Shown here: positions 30,601 to 39,807 of the stretch, in pieces | Numbering within the stretch: the stretch's first letter is position 1 | Layout: each line of letters begins with the position of its first letter | Assembly: GCA_963664225.1 (NCBI GenBank) | Contig: OY760937.1 | Coordinates: forward strand, 5,088,001-5,152,000 | Direction of reading: 5' to 3' | DNA: 64,000 nt | Source of the DNA: Verrucomicrobiia bacterium | Lineage (GTDB): Bacteria > Verrucomicrobiota > Verrucomicrobiia > Limisphaerales > UBA1319 | The notes under the pieces: generated by a model | The model's input: only the letters and a program-made list of their open reading frames with translations | Told to the model about the DNA's origin: nothing | Databases searched by the model: none | Program-made: the position numbers and the translations under genes

Positions 30601-32516
30601 CGTATGCCGCGGCCAAGACCAATCCTGATTTCCGGATGAAATTTGCGGATCATGTGTACAAGCACTTTTTCAACGGCGGCGTGTATTATGTGGATGCGCA
30701 AAATCCAAATTGGAATCCGGCGTATCCGGAGCGCAACCGGCCTGCGGCGCGCTTTGCCTCCCTGGCGGACAAAGTGGAAAAGGCGATGGTGGGTGAGTCC
30801 GCCCGATGGGGGGATCAACATGTGGGCGCTTCGACACTGCCTTACACCAGGGACGAGCATTGGGCGGTGGAAAAAACAAACCTTCTTAGAAATTGGTTTC
30901 CCCGCCGGTCCGCCATCGTGTTGCAACAGTTTAAGAATGCCGGTTTGTATCCAAGGACCGATCCGCCGGAATTCAACCAGCGCGGTGGCAAGGTGCCAGC
31001 AGGATTTCAGCTCACAATGACCGCGTCCAACGGGGTGGTCTATTACACGACGAACGGACTGGATCCTCGTGGCGCGATGCTCGCCGAGGAGGTTTTTCAC
31101 GTGACGCTGGCCAGCAATAGCGCGCCGAAGAAGGTTTTGGTGCCCTCGCAGGCCAATGGCGGAGCGAGCCTGGGCACGGACTGGCGGGGCGGCATTGAAC
31201 CGTTCGACGATACCCTCTGGACTGCCGGAACCGGCGGGGTGGGGTATGATCGCGACACGACATACCTGAGCTTCATCCAGACGGATATCAAAGCAGCGAT
31301 GGATAACAAAAATGGTTCCGTCTTTATCCGCATTCCGTTTTTCCTGGATGCGACAAATCGGGCGCGGCTTAACACCATGACATTGCGCGTTCGATACGAC
31401 GATGGATTTGTGGCCTTCCTGAATGGGGTCAAAATCATGTCGGCCAATGAGCCGGCATCGTTGACCTGGGACGCGTTTTCATCGGCGCAAAATGCGGATT
31501 CCGCGGCTGTACTTTACGAGGATTTCAAGGTGGACTCCATGACGGCGGCCCTCAAGCCAGGCACGAATATTCTGGCCATTCAAGGGTTGAACCTTGCGCT
31601 GTCCAGCACGGATTTTCTCATCGACGCGGAATTGGTGGCGGGTCAGATCCAATCGCTGCCTGGGACCAATGTTGCCATGGTCTATACGCAGGCGGTCGTT
31701 TTAAGCGACTTTGCGAACATCAAGGCGCGCGTGCTCAATGGCACTGAATGGAGCGCGTTGAATGAAGCCCGGTTTATTGTCGGTTCGCCCGCGCTGACCA
31801 TCAGCGAGATTCATTATCATCCTTCGGATCCCAACGCGGCGGAAATGGCGGCTGGATTCACCAACGCGAACGATTTTGAGTTTGTCGAGTTTAAGAACAC
31901 CGGCACCGAGACGTATGACCTGACGGATGTGGTTCTGGTTTCTGGAATCCAGTTTGCATTTGCGGGATCGGCAGTGACCAATCTTTCGCCGGGCGGTTAT
32001 GTGCTGGTGGTCAAAAACAAGGCTGCGTTTGAAACTCGATACGGCACGGGATTGCCTGTGGCCGGAGAGTATTCCGGGAAATTGGGTAATGCGGGCGAGC
32101 ACATTGTGGCGCAACTCGGCGACGAAGTGGTGCTTGATTTTACCTACGGAACCACAGCGCCCTGGCCCACATCGCCGGATGGCGTTGGAACTTCGCTCGA
32201 GGTGATTGATCCCAATGGGGACTTGAATTCGCCTTTGAACTGGCGTGCCAGTTACGTCCTGGGCGGCACACCGGGGCAAGCGAATCCCGGACCGGTTCAC
32301 ATCGAGTCCGTGGTTTCAAGCGATTCACAACTGAGATTTCGTTTCAATGGACGGATGGGCGCCGGATACACCATTTACGCGTGCGATTCCCTCGCGGGCG
32401 GGACGTGGCGGATCGCCAAACAAGGGGAAGTGGCTGCTGCAGATGGCCCGATCGATGTGACTCTGGACATGGAAAACAGCGTTGGAGAAAGATATTATCG
32501 CGTCTCTGTTCCGTGA
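27642..32516 (+). CDS. Large secreted protein: lamin-tail domains, PA14-like domain, Fn3-associated domains and CotH-family kinase domain
   Basis: Signal peptide; ISEFMA.N...DWLEL and ISEIHYHP...EFVE (lamin tail); FGVTSDDGF (PA14-like); IRYTTNGS.P (Fn3-associated); LYING.YWGLY...E, N.DW..NW, FFPWD.E (CotH); ends RYYRVSVP. Confidence 0.88.
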   Translation: MHVDFQKHFGRSVACLCFLVCMAGIAGTSMAQNVTISEFMALNTSTLKDEDGAYSDWLELANSDSQSIDLQGWYLTDDRAVLTKWSFPKRVLKAGEYLVVFASGKDRTAETGNLHTNFRLNGSGGYLALVEPDGRTVHSEYAPYPAQKADYSYGARFTQNVNTLIGEGALANILIPTNSIEGSNWTGGQEPFNDSGWMTGLNGIGYQTRVEGFNVTCIKANNLVEDIGMAEEVLATPTLQASVATESIGVIDYINTTDTGHYSVDRPFPGTISGVESDDFVVLATAQVTIPAAGDRTFGVTSDDGFALQISRGTNQFNSSYPSPRGMTDTLATFTFPEAGEYDLRLSFYQRGGGAGLELFAAGGAWDAWDSTNFHLVGDVAAGGLTVRSLPASGLSGLSISDFIQTDLSAAMENRAPGAYMRIPFSVQDLATFGPLFLEMRYNDGFVAYLNGTEIARRNAPDAVAFDSTAVTNRATKFVLEAERINISSFESVLKPGTNILAIHGLNDLVNSPDFLQNAVLESVEATSSEAGFFYKATPGGPNTTNFMGFVDAPQFSVWRGFFQSPFDLTLNCATPDATIRYTTNGSAPTATNGLIYANPIPVTHTMVVRAAAFKTNWNTSRIETHTYIFLDDVIKQTYQSNIAAGFPSSWNGVTPDYGMDQRVVAQNGTDRYGGKYAREIKDDLKAIPTMSIVMNVQDMFGPNGIYSNPLNRGAAWERPISVELINGDGGGGFQENAGLSAQGGAFRGFNLTPKKSFRLVFKSMYGAGKLHYPFFGPNATDQIDSLTLRANNNDGYQWDSAAGKALYIRDAFAHTTAGEMGMVAAHTTYVHLYINGFYWGLYNPVERPDAAFASTYMGGQKENWDAINQDSAPDGNYDAWNRMLAIANSGLLNKTNYQRIQGNNPDGTRNPAYENLLNVDNLIDYMIINLYGGNMDWPWRNWYAARDRTGSEGFRFFPWDTEATMDLFGADINIDRTSVSGNVTTPYAAAKTNPDFRMKFADHVYKHFFNGGVYYVDAQNPNWNPAYPERNRPAARFASLADKVEKAMVGESARWGDQHVGASTLPYTRDEHWAVEKTNLLRNWFPRRSAIVLQQFKNAGLYPRTDPPEFNQRGGKVPAGFQLTMTASNGVVYYTTNGLDPRGAMLAEEVFHVTLASNSAPKKVLVPSQANGGASLGTDWRGGIEPFDDTLWTAGTGGVGYDRDTTYLSFIQTDIKAAMDNKNGSVFIRIPFFLDATNRARLNTMTLRVRYDDGFVAFLNGVKIMSANEPASLTWDAFSSAQNADSAAVLYEDFKVDSMTAALKPGTNILAIQGLNLALSSTDFLIDAELVAGQIQSLPGTNVAMVYTQAVVLSDFANIKARVLNGTEWSALNEARFIVGSPALTISEIHYHPSDPNAAEMAAGFTNANDFEFVEFKNTGTETYDLTDVVLVSGIQFAFAGSAVTNLSPGGYVLVVKNKAAFETRYGTGLPVAGEYSGKLGNAGEHIVAQLGDEVVLDFTYGTTAPWPTSPDGVGTSLEVIDPNGDLNSPLNWRASYVLGGTPGQANPGPVHIESVVSSDSQLRFRFNGRMGAGYTIYACDSLAGGTWRIAKQGEVAAADGPIDVTLDMENSVGERYYRVSVP

Positions 32517-32556
32517 CACGCTTCAACCAGGAATTCCCGGTTTGGTTTGGGCGAAA

Positions 32557-35500
32557 TTACGACGTCAGGCCGCCGGGAATTGGCATCCAAATACTGAAGG
32601 ACGAGCCGCGTCCCAGTTCGGACTCGACCTGCAGACCCAGCCCCTGATCTTTGGCCAGCTCGTAAACCATGGATAATCCCAGGCCTGTGCCACGGCGTGT
32701 GGAAAAGGCCTTTGTGGTATAAAATGGTTCAAATATGCGGGACAGGCTCTCTGGAGGAATGCCGCATCCGGCATCCTTCACGGTAACGACCGCATACGCG
32801 GAAGCTGGAACGGGATTGAGCACCATGATTTCGGGATGGGTGGAAGCCAGCTGGGAAGTCAGGGTGATCGTCCCGTGGCCGCCCATGGCGTCAGCGGCGT
32901 TCAAAATCAAATTAACCAGCATTTGCTGCAGTTGCTCTTTTGCGCAGGGCAGGGGTGGAATGGAAGCGTCGAAATGTTGGCGGAATTCGATGGCATTTTG
33001 AAATGGATCGCCCATCAGCTTCAAGGTGGCGTCAATGAGCGCATTAATGGAGGCGCGAGTGGGGGAGCTTGTTTTACCAAAGCCAAGCATCGATTTGACG
33101 ATGGAAGTTCCCTGATCCACCACCGTTTTGATGCGATTGACCCTGACACGGATTTTATCCGGGTCGTTCAGATTGCTTTCGATAATCTGGGCGGAACCCT
33201 TGATAATGGAGAGAATGTTGCTGAAATCATGGGCGATGCCGGCCGCCATGGTTCCAAGGGCTTTCATTTTCTGGCTGTGAAGCAATGCCTGGTTGGCCTG
33301 TTCCAGATCATGCGTCCGCTGGGCCACGATCTTTTCGACTTCGGCATAGCTTCGTTTTAACCGGCTATGCCGGTTTATGGCAACGACCGCAAAAAACAGG
33401 CTGATCACCAAGCCCGCGAACGAAATGAATAGGAGCCGCGTTTCCAGATACCACGGAACAATGACATTATACTCGAAGACGGCGGGATTTGCGGAGTCCA
33501 CATTCCCGCTGGTGTCCATGGCGCGCACTTCCACCCGGTGAGCGCCGGGGGTTGTTTCGCGAAATGCAATGTTGTTCTCCGCCGTGAACGGAGTCCAGAG
33601 CACGCTTCCGCGCCTGAAGGAATACAAAAGCCGGTCGGAAGAGGTGAATTTCCATTTATCCACACCACTGAACGCGAGCGAGATGGTGGAATCGAGTATG
33701 AATTCTTTCTGTCCATTGACGCTGGAAACCTGCGCGCGCGGGGGATCCGTATCGGCCAGGGGATCGAAGAGGCTTAATCCCCGCGCAGTGCCAGCCCATA
33801 ACCGGTTGCCTTTGGATTGGATAAACACTTCGTAAACCGCGGAACTGGGCAGTCCTTCCTCCATGCCATTGACGAGCCAATTGCCGTTGAAAAACCGGTA
33901 CAGTCCATCGCCAGAGGCGACCCAGATCGTTCCGTCGGCTTCCTTGGCCATCGTATTTACCCGATCGAACATTGTGCGCGCCACCGACCAGGTCTTTCCG
34001 TTGAACTCGAAAATCTTGCTGCTCCCACCGATCCAGATGCGGTTCTCATCCACTGAGAGAAAGCTGAACCCAATGTCCGGCGCGTTCTCACTCGAACGCG
34101 TGTAGGATTTCCACTGGCCGCCGCTCCAGACCCCAACGCCTGCGTTGCCGCCGAGCCAGATTTCCCTTTGACCCGCGTTCGTGCGGACCTGACAGAAATA
34201 GAGTTCCGTGCCCAGGTTCCATGTCGGAGCGGCGTCGATCAATGGATTGAACGACCTGCCATCGAATGATTGAATCTGAAATTCCAGATGGTTTGTTTCA
34301 GAGCCAAAAATCTGAACAATCGCGGATCGATCATCCAATGCGCCCAGAATTTTGACCCGGCGGTTATCGGATCTTGTCAATGGGGTGAATTTAGTCGTGG
34401 CCGGATCGAAGAGCAGCGCCTGTTCCGTGGCGTTGAAGGCCATCAGCCCGTTGGGCAGGCCGCACAGCACATCCGTGGGTTGGAACTTTAATTCGAAATT
34501 GGGCGGAAAGGGAAATTGCGTCCAACGATTATTCACAAGTCGCGACAAAGCCGCCGCACCGACAAACCACAATCCATCGTGGTCATCTTCGGCTATGGCA
34601 TGAACCACCGTGGTTGAGGCGGCGGCGGATGGGCTCCGCCAGGACAGGGGCGCGTAGCGCGCCAGACCTTCCGAGGTGGCCAGAAAAAAGGCTCCTTTGG
34701 GCTGTATCGCCACATCGAAAAACTGCCCCGCCAGCAGAGCCTCCTGTTCCTGGACTTGACTGCCATCGGGTTCAACACGCGAAAGCGTATCAACCCCCAT
34801 CGCCCAGATGACGCCTTCGGGGCCGCGCCAGGCCTGTCTTACCTTGCCGCTGACCGTATTGATCGATTTCCATTCGCGTCCATCGAACACAGCGACCAAC
34901 CGCTCGTTGCGGACTGGTGATTCAGCCGTCACAGTAACACCGCCCTCGTCGTCTTCGAAGGGTTGCTGCAGGTTTTGAAGTTCCAATTCCGCGGGAGGAA
35001 TAAACTCCTGGATGACCACGCCGTTTTTCCATTCGCGGTTCGGTCCCGGCAGTTTTGCGATTCCGCGGGAGCCTGTGATCCATGCACCGCCATCTCGCGC
35101 CTCCGCCATGTCCAGGAGGCGTCCCAGATGCGTGTCTTTGGCGGCAATGACCACCCGCAGGTTATTCACCGATGGCTGGAATTCCATCAAGCTTTCGGGC
35201 AGGACAAACAGCACCCGTCCCGAGCGGCCGGGGATCATCGGGAATGGGCGAATTTTATAGCGCGGATTGCCCTGCAATTCGCTGCGAATTTCCAGAACGG
35301 GATACTCGACCCAACGGTCCCGGCGATACGCGGCAATGCCTCCGGAAAACAGGGACCACAATTGATTGGTCCGTGTTTCATAAATCCGGAATGTTCCGCC
35401 CGGAGGGCAGGGAAGTTGGTGAACCTCATAGCCATCGGTCCAGCTTAAAGTATCCGAGTCTCCATGGCGTATCCAGACCCGCTCGGAGGGGGAAATCGTC

Positions 35501-35676
35501 ACGGCTGTGGAAAGAGATTCCGCCAGGCCGTCGGCTGCCTTGTAAACACGCCAGTGAGGCGCCCGCTGTCCGCAAGCCGAAGGAGGCGCGGAGAGCACGA
35601 TTGCCAGGGCGCAGGCCCACCCTGCGGTTAATCTGTGTTGCCACAGAAGTGCCGCCATATTCCACAGGCCGTTCAT
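32557..35676 (-). CDS. Sensor histidine kinase with beta-propeller and Y_Y_Y-like periplasmic region
   Basis: ADGL, EGLPSSAV, LWAGTARGLS propeller repeats; one TM helix; AAGIAHDFSNIL H-box, NLILNAADAM, DAGCGI, FEPFYTTK, GTGLGLS. Start uncertain (up to 35715). Confidence 0.9.
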   Translation of the reverse strand: MNGLWNMAALLWQHRLTAGWACALAIVLSAPPSACGQRAPHWRVYKAADGLAESLSTAVTISPSERVWIRHGDSDTLSWTDGYEVHQLPCPPGGTFRIYETRTNQLWSLFSGGIAAYRRDRWVEYPVLEIRSELQGNPRYKIRPFPMIPGRSGRVLFVLPESLMEFQPSVNNLRVVIAAKDTHLGRLLDMAEARDGGAWITGSRGIAKLPGPNREWKNGVVIQEFIPPAELELQNLQQPFEDDEGGVTVTAESPVRNERLVAVFDGREWKSINTVSGKVRQAWRGPEGVIWAMGVDTLSRVEPDGSQVQEQEALLAGQFFDVAIQPKGAFFLATSEGLARYAPLSWRSPSAAASTTVVHAIAEDDHDGLWFVGAAALSRLVNNRWTQFPFPPNFELKFQPTDVLCGLPNGLMAFNATEQALLFDPATTKFTPLTRSDNRRVKILGALDDRSAIVQIFGSETNHLEFQIQSFDGRSFNPLIDAAPTWNLGTELYFCQVRTNAGQREIWLGGNAGVGVWSGGQWKSYTRSSENAPDIGFSFLSVDENRIWIGGSSKIFEFNGKTWSVARTMFDRVNTMAKEADGTIWVASGDGLYRFFNGNWLVNGMEEGLPSSAVYEVFIQSKGNRLWAGTARGLSLFDPLADTDPPRAQVSSVNGQKEFILDSTISLAFSGVDKWKFTSSDRLLYSFRRGSVLWTPFTAENNIAFRETTPGAHRVEVRAMDTSGNVDSANPAVFEYNVIVPWYLETRLLFISFAGLVISLFFAVVAINRHSRLKRSYAEVEKIVAQRTHDLEQANQALLHSQKMKALGTMAAGIAHDFSNILSIIKGSAQIIESNLNDPDKIRVRVNRIKTVVDQGTSIVKSMLGFGKTSSPTRASINALIDATLKLMGDPFQNAIEFRQHFDASIPPLPCAKEQLQQMLVNLILNAADAMGGHGTITLTSQLASTHPEIMVLNPVPASAYAVVTVKDAGCGIPPESLSRIFEPFYTTKAFSTRRGTGLGLSMVYELAKDQGLGLQVESELGRGSSFSIWMPIPGGLTS

Positions 35677-35715
35677 GGAGGTCCCTACGATTGCTGTCCG
35701 GGCCGGGCCTGACAA

Positions 35716-36009
35716 TTAAAAACGCAGCGACCCAAAAAACGAAAGGGCGGCGGCGATCAGCAGAAAAATGGCAACGGCCCACCAAATTTTTCTGATTCCC
35801 GATGGACGGCGTTTTGGCGCGCCAAACTCGCGATTAACAAAATCGTCGTAATCGAAATTCTCGTCGGGCAAGTCGAGCCTTTGCGAATCGGCACTTTCAG
35901 ACCACCCCGTTTTTTCGCAGGAACCACATGCAGGGCACGCCAAGGCCTTGTCAGGAATCTCGGCACCGCAGTTCGGACAAAAATCAGGTCGTGCAAAGGA
36001 TGAACCCAT
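35716..36009 (-). CDS. Small zinc-ribbon membrane protein
   Basis: CPNCG...CPACG, acidic FDYDDF segment, C-terminal hydrophobic helix. Confidence 0.75.
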   Translation of the reverse strand: MGSSFARPDFCPNCGAEIPDKALACPACGSCEKTGWSESADSQRLDLPDENFDYDDFVNREFGAPKRRPSGIRKIWWAVAIFLLIAAALSFFGSLRF

Positions 36010-36041
36010 ACGACGTCTTCTGACAGGAAAACGGGCGCTCG

Positions 36042-36623
36042 TCAACCCGGAGAGGCGAATTCCTCATCGGTCTCCAAATCCAGGCTCATCAGGACATAAT
36101 CATGGGACACCGCCTGCATGTCCTTGACATAGTCCGTCAGACGAACCAGCGAGTGGAAACCCAGAAGCCCGAAAACCTTCATCGCCGCCGCCTGTTCCTC
36201 GATGAATTCGGCCTCGATTTTTTCCAGGCCGATATGGCGCGCCGCCTCGACAATTTCATTCACCAAAGCTCTCGCAAGGCCGCGCCCCCGGTAGGCTGGA
36301 TGCACCAGCACGCTCACCCGGCCCACATGGCGTTTCCAGCCACCCAGCTGTTGATGGAGAGTGGCCACGCCGATGATTTTATTTTGCACCCGGGCCAGCA
36401 GCGGCAGGTTTCGGCCCAGGTCGATCTCCTGGCACCATTCATGGATGACCTGCGGATCTGTCACGCGATGTTTGATGAACATGCGTTCCTTTTCAGGAAC
36501 GGCCAGAAAGAATTCATGAAAATCCGTTTCATCATTGGCTTCAAGAGGACGTAATTGCGGCGACAATCCGTCCTTGAGGTGAATTTGCTTTGGATAGGCT
36601 TCAAGGGTTGTTTCGAGTGGCAT
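36042..36623 (-). CDS. GNAT family N-acetyltransferase
   Basis: VLVHPAYRGRGLA acetyl-CoA binding motif; likely start MPLETT at 36623. Confidence 0.88.
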   Translation of the reverse strand: MPLETTLEAYPKQIHLKDGLSPQLRPLEANDETDFHEFFLAVPEKERMFIKHRVTDPQVIHEWCQEIDLGRNLPLLARVQNKIIGVATLHQQLGGWKRHVGRVSVLVHPAYRGRGLARALVNEIVEAARHIGLEKIEAEFIEEQAAAMKVFGLLGFHSLVRLTDYVKDMQAVSHDYVLMSLDLETDEEFASPG

Positions 36624-36955
36624 AAGTGATGGACCCAGTACTCTTTTATTTTTCAACTCTGACCGTGGGACAGAACGCAGTATTTTGCGATTTCAGGTCG
36701 CCTGGCACTCTGTCAGGAGGATCATGGAGGATGATCTTTTCCCAACCTGTGATCCACGTTTTCCGTAGTCACCAACCAAACGAACCGGAACCCTCTTTGC
36801 AAAAACCACTCATGCACCGGACCTGGCCATTTGCGATGCATCTCATGGATGCGTCGCGTTGCTCAAAGTCCAAGGTGTTATTCGTTTTCGCACACTGCAT
36901 TCCGTCCTGCGGTCACGTCAATATACATCAGAATCGAGCGTTTGCCAAGCGACCT

Positions 36956-38059
36956 CTAAATGTTCTCGCCCAGGTTGGGTGGCATATCGTAAGTGGCAGT
37001 CGTTTCCGGGGTCAACGGAGAAGACTCAGCGGCCAGCAGGCGGTATTGCCGTATTTGCAGGGACACTTTTTGGCCATCATAGAGTCCCAATTGTGCGTAC
37101 TCCTCCTTGGTCATTCTGGCGCGAATGATTAATCCCGAGGGGAGTTCGAACTCCAAACGCAGCAGGATGCCCAGGAAAAAGGTGTGCATTAACACGGCCT
37201 GGTATCGGTACATGGTCAGATCGGTGGAGACTTGCACGGCATAGGGCCGGAATCCGATTCTCAGCCGCGAGCCATCCGGGTGTCCATGCGCCGGAAACTC
37301 CAGTTCGTTATTGCGCGCAATCCCGTTGGTGACCTCAAGTTCCAACACATTCATCACGCCGATGAATCGGGCCACAAATTCATTGGCCGGCTGGTCATAA
37401 ACTTCGCGCGGGTTGCCCATCTGTTCCATCTGTCCCCGTGAGAAAATCACGATGCGGCTGGCGACTTCCATTGCCTCTTCCTGGTCGTGGGTGACGAAAA
37501 GGGTTGTCACGTTGAGCTCATGATGAAGACGCACCAGCCACTCCCTCAATTCCTGCCGGATTTTCGCGTCCACCGCTCCGAAAGGCTCGTCCAGAAGCAG
37601 GACGCTTGGTTTGGGCGCCATGGAGCGGGCAATGGCCACGCGCTGACGCTGCCCCCCCGAAAGTTGATGCGGAAAACGCTTTTCGAGCCCTTCCAGGCCA
37701 AACAAAACCAGCAATTCCTCAACGCGAGCCTTGATGTCCGCCCGACGCCATTTTTTGATCTTCAATCCAAAGGCGATATTGTTTTGAACCGTCATGTTCT
37801 TGAACAAGGCGTAGCTTTGGAAAACAAATCCGATGTTTCTCTTCTGGACGGAGAGCTCGTTCACGCGCTCGTTACGAATGAGAATGTCGCCCGCAGTGGG
37901 CTCTTCCAGGCCGGCGATCATGCGCAACACCGTGGTCTTGCCGCACCCGCTCGGGCCAAGCAGCGCGACGAGTTCCCCGTCATTGACGGAGAAACAAATG
38001 TTCCGCACGGCGGCGACGCTTCCGAACTCCTTGGTTACATTGCGTAATTCGATGCTCAT
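36956..38059 (-). CDS. cysA: Sulfate/thiosulfate ABC transporter ATP-binding protein
   Basis: GPSGCGKT, FVFQSYALF, LSGGQRQR, LLDEPFGA, TOBE-like tail; follows cysW. Confidence 0.92.
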   Translation of the reverse strand: MSIELRNVTKEFGSVAAVRNICFSVNDGELVALLGPSGCGKTTVLRMIAGLEEPTAGDILIRNERVNELSVQKRNIGFVFQSYALFKNMTVQNNIAFGLKIKKWRRADIKARVEELLVLFGLEGLEKRFPHQLSGGQRQRVAIARSMAPKPSVLLLDEPFGAVDAKIRQELREWLVRLHHELNVTTLFVTHDQEEAMEVASRIVIFSRGQMEQMGNPREVYDQPANEFVARFIGVMNVLELEVTNGIARNNELEFPAHGHPDGSRLRIGFRPYAVQVSTDLTMYRYQAVLMHTFFLGILLRLEFELPSGLIIRARMTKEEYAQLGLYDGQKVSLQIRQYRLLAAESSPLTPETTATYDMPPNLGENI

Positions 38060-38961
38060 GATGGAAGAATGGGCTCCGGGATGGCGTTTTGTGCCAGTGC
38101 CTGGGATTTGCGGGTTTTCCACTCCAGGAAGGACTTCAGGCACAAAGTTAGAAGGGCGAGCAAACCCAGCAGGCTGGCCACGGCAAAAGCGGCTGCGCCC
38201 TGGTATTCATTGTAAAGCTTTTCGACCCGCAGCGGCATGGTATCAGTCTGCCCGGTGATGTGACCCGAAACCACGGATACCGCTCCGAATTCGCCCATGG
38301 CGCGCGCATTGCACAGGATGACGCCGTAGAGCAGCCCCCACTTGATCGAGGGCAGGGTGATATGCCAGAAGGTTTGCCAGCCGTTGGCACCCAAGGTCAT
38401 TGCGGCCTGCTCCTGTTCCGCGCCTGCGGCCTGCATGATTGGAATCAATTCCCGCGCGACGAATGGAAAGGTCACAAAAATTGTCACCAACACCAAGCCC
38501 GGCACCGCAAATATGATTTGAATATCTTTCTGATCCAACCAGGGCCCTGCAAATCCCTGCAAACCGAATAGGATCATGAACATCATTCCAGAGACGACCG
38601 GTGAAACCGAAAATGGCAGGTCGATCATGGTAATGAGAAGCGTTTTGCCATGAAACTCGAATTTGGCAATGGCCCACGAAGCTGCAATGCCAAAAACCGT
38701 ATTCAGGGGAACACTGATGGCGGAAACGATCAGCGTCAATTTAATGGCCGAGAGGGTGTCTGGATGCACCAGCGCATTCGCATAATACACGATGCCTTTC
38801 GAGAAGGCTTGAATGAAGACATTAAGCAAAGGCAGGACCAGGAACACGAGCAAAAACAGGAGGCTCACGCCGATCAGCGTAAACTTCAGCAGCGGGGGCT
38901 CCTCCCTCCCGCGAAGTGAGGCCTGCTTGAGGCCCTGTTTCATTTTAATGGGTCCGCTCAT
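38056..38961 (-). CDS. cysW: Sulfate ABC transporter permease
   Basis: IDLPFSVSPVVSG, PFVAREL, ARAMGEFGAVSVVSG. Confidence 0.95.
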   Translation of the reverse strand: MSGPIKMKQGLKQASLRGREEPPLLKFTLIGVSLLFLLVFLVLPLLNVFIQAFSKGIVYYANALVHPDTLSAIKLTLIVSAISVPLNTVFGIAASWAIAKFEFHGKTLLITMIDLPFSVSPVVSGMMFMILFGLQGFAGPWLDQKDIQIIFAVPGLVLVTIFVTFPFVARELIPIMQAAGAEQEQAAMTLGANGWQTFWHITLPSIKWGLLYGVILCNARAMGEFGAVSVVSGHITGQTDTMPLRVEKLYNEYQGAAAFAVASLLGLLALLTLCLKSFLEWKTRKSQALAQNAIPEPILPS

Positions 38962-38964
38962 GAT

Positions 38965-39792
38965 TCAGGATGCATGAAAACGCGACGCAAAGGATTCCAG
39001 CAAGTTGATCACTCCAAGCAATGCGAACGAGAGCACCAGCAGCACCATCGCAATGGCCGTTGCCCCCGCATAATTGTATTCTTCCAGCCGCATCATAATC
39101 AGCACCGGCGCGATTTCGGTTTTGTAGGGAAGGTTGCCCGAGATAAAGACCACCGAACCGTATTCGCCGATGGCGCGGGCGAATGAAAGAGCAAAACCAG
39201 TAATGATCGTTGGCAGGAGACTGGGCAGCAAGATCGAGACAAAAGTCCGCAGGCGACTGGCCCCGAGCGTGGCCGCCGCTTCCTCGATTTCCGGCTCCAG
39301 GGTTTCCAATACGGGTTGAAGAGTGCGAACGACAAAAGGCAGCCCCACAAAAGTCAATGCGATGACGACGCCCAGCGGGGTGTAGGCCCCGGAAATTCCC
39401 CATGGAACCAGAAACTGGCCCAGCCAGCCGTTGGCTGCAAAGAGATTGGAAAGTGTCAAACCCGCCACAGCCGTGGGTAGCGCAAATGGAAAATCGACCA
39501 GGGCATCGAGAAAACGTTTGCCAGGGAAGCTGTAGCGCACCAGAACCCAGGCGAGGATCGAGCCGAACACGGCGTTGATCAGCGCGGCCGCCAGCGAGGC
39601 TGTAAAGGTGAGCCGGTAGGCGGCCAAAGCGCGTTGCGTGGTCACCAATCTCCAGAATTCACCCCAGGTCAGCTCAAAGGTTTTGAGCAACATCGCCGCC
39701 ATTGGGATCAATACGATCAGCGACAGGTAAAGAAGGGTGAACCCCATCGCCAGTCCGAATCCCGGCAGTACGTTGAATCGCTTTTTGAACAT
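38965..39792 (-). CDS. cysT: Sulfate ABC transporter permease
   Basis: VLPGFGL, DFPFALPTAVAG, PFVVRTLQPV, GEYGSVVFISGNLP. Confidence 0.95.
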   Translation of the reverse strand: MFKKRFNVLPGFGLAMGFTLLYLSLIVLIPMAAMLLKTFELTWGEFWRLVTTQRALAAYRLTFTASLAAALINAVFGSILAWVLVRYSFPGKRFLDALVDFPFALPTAVAGLTLSNLFAANGWLGQFLVPWGISGAYTPLGVVIALTFVGLPFVVRTLQPVLETLEPEIEEAAATLGASRLRTFVSILLPSLLPTIITGFALSFARAIGEYGSVVFISGNLPYKTEIAPVLIMMRLEEYNYAGATAIAMVLLVLSFALLGVINLLESFASRFHAS

Positions 39793-39807
39793 GTTGCCCA
39801 AAGTTTA

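Noticed and set aside
36657..36955. Possible sRNA or 43-codon ORF between cysA and the GNAT gene
   Set aside because: No motif, convincing structure or ribosome-binding signal.
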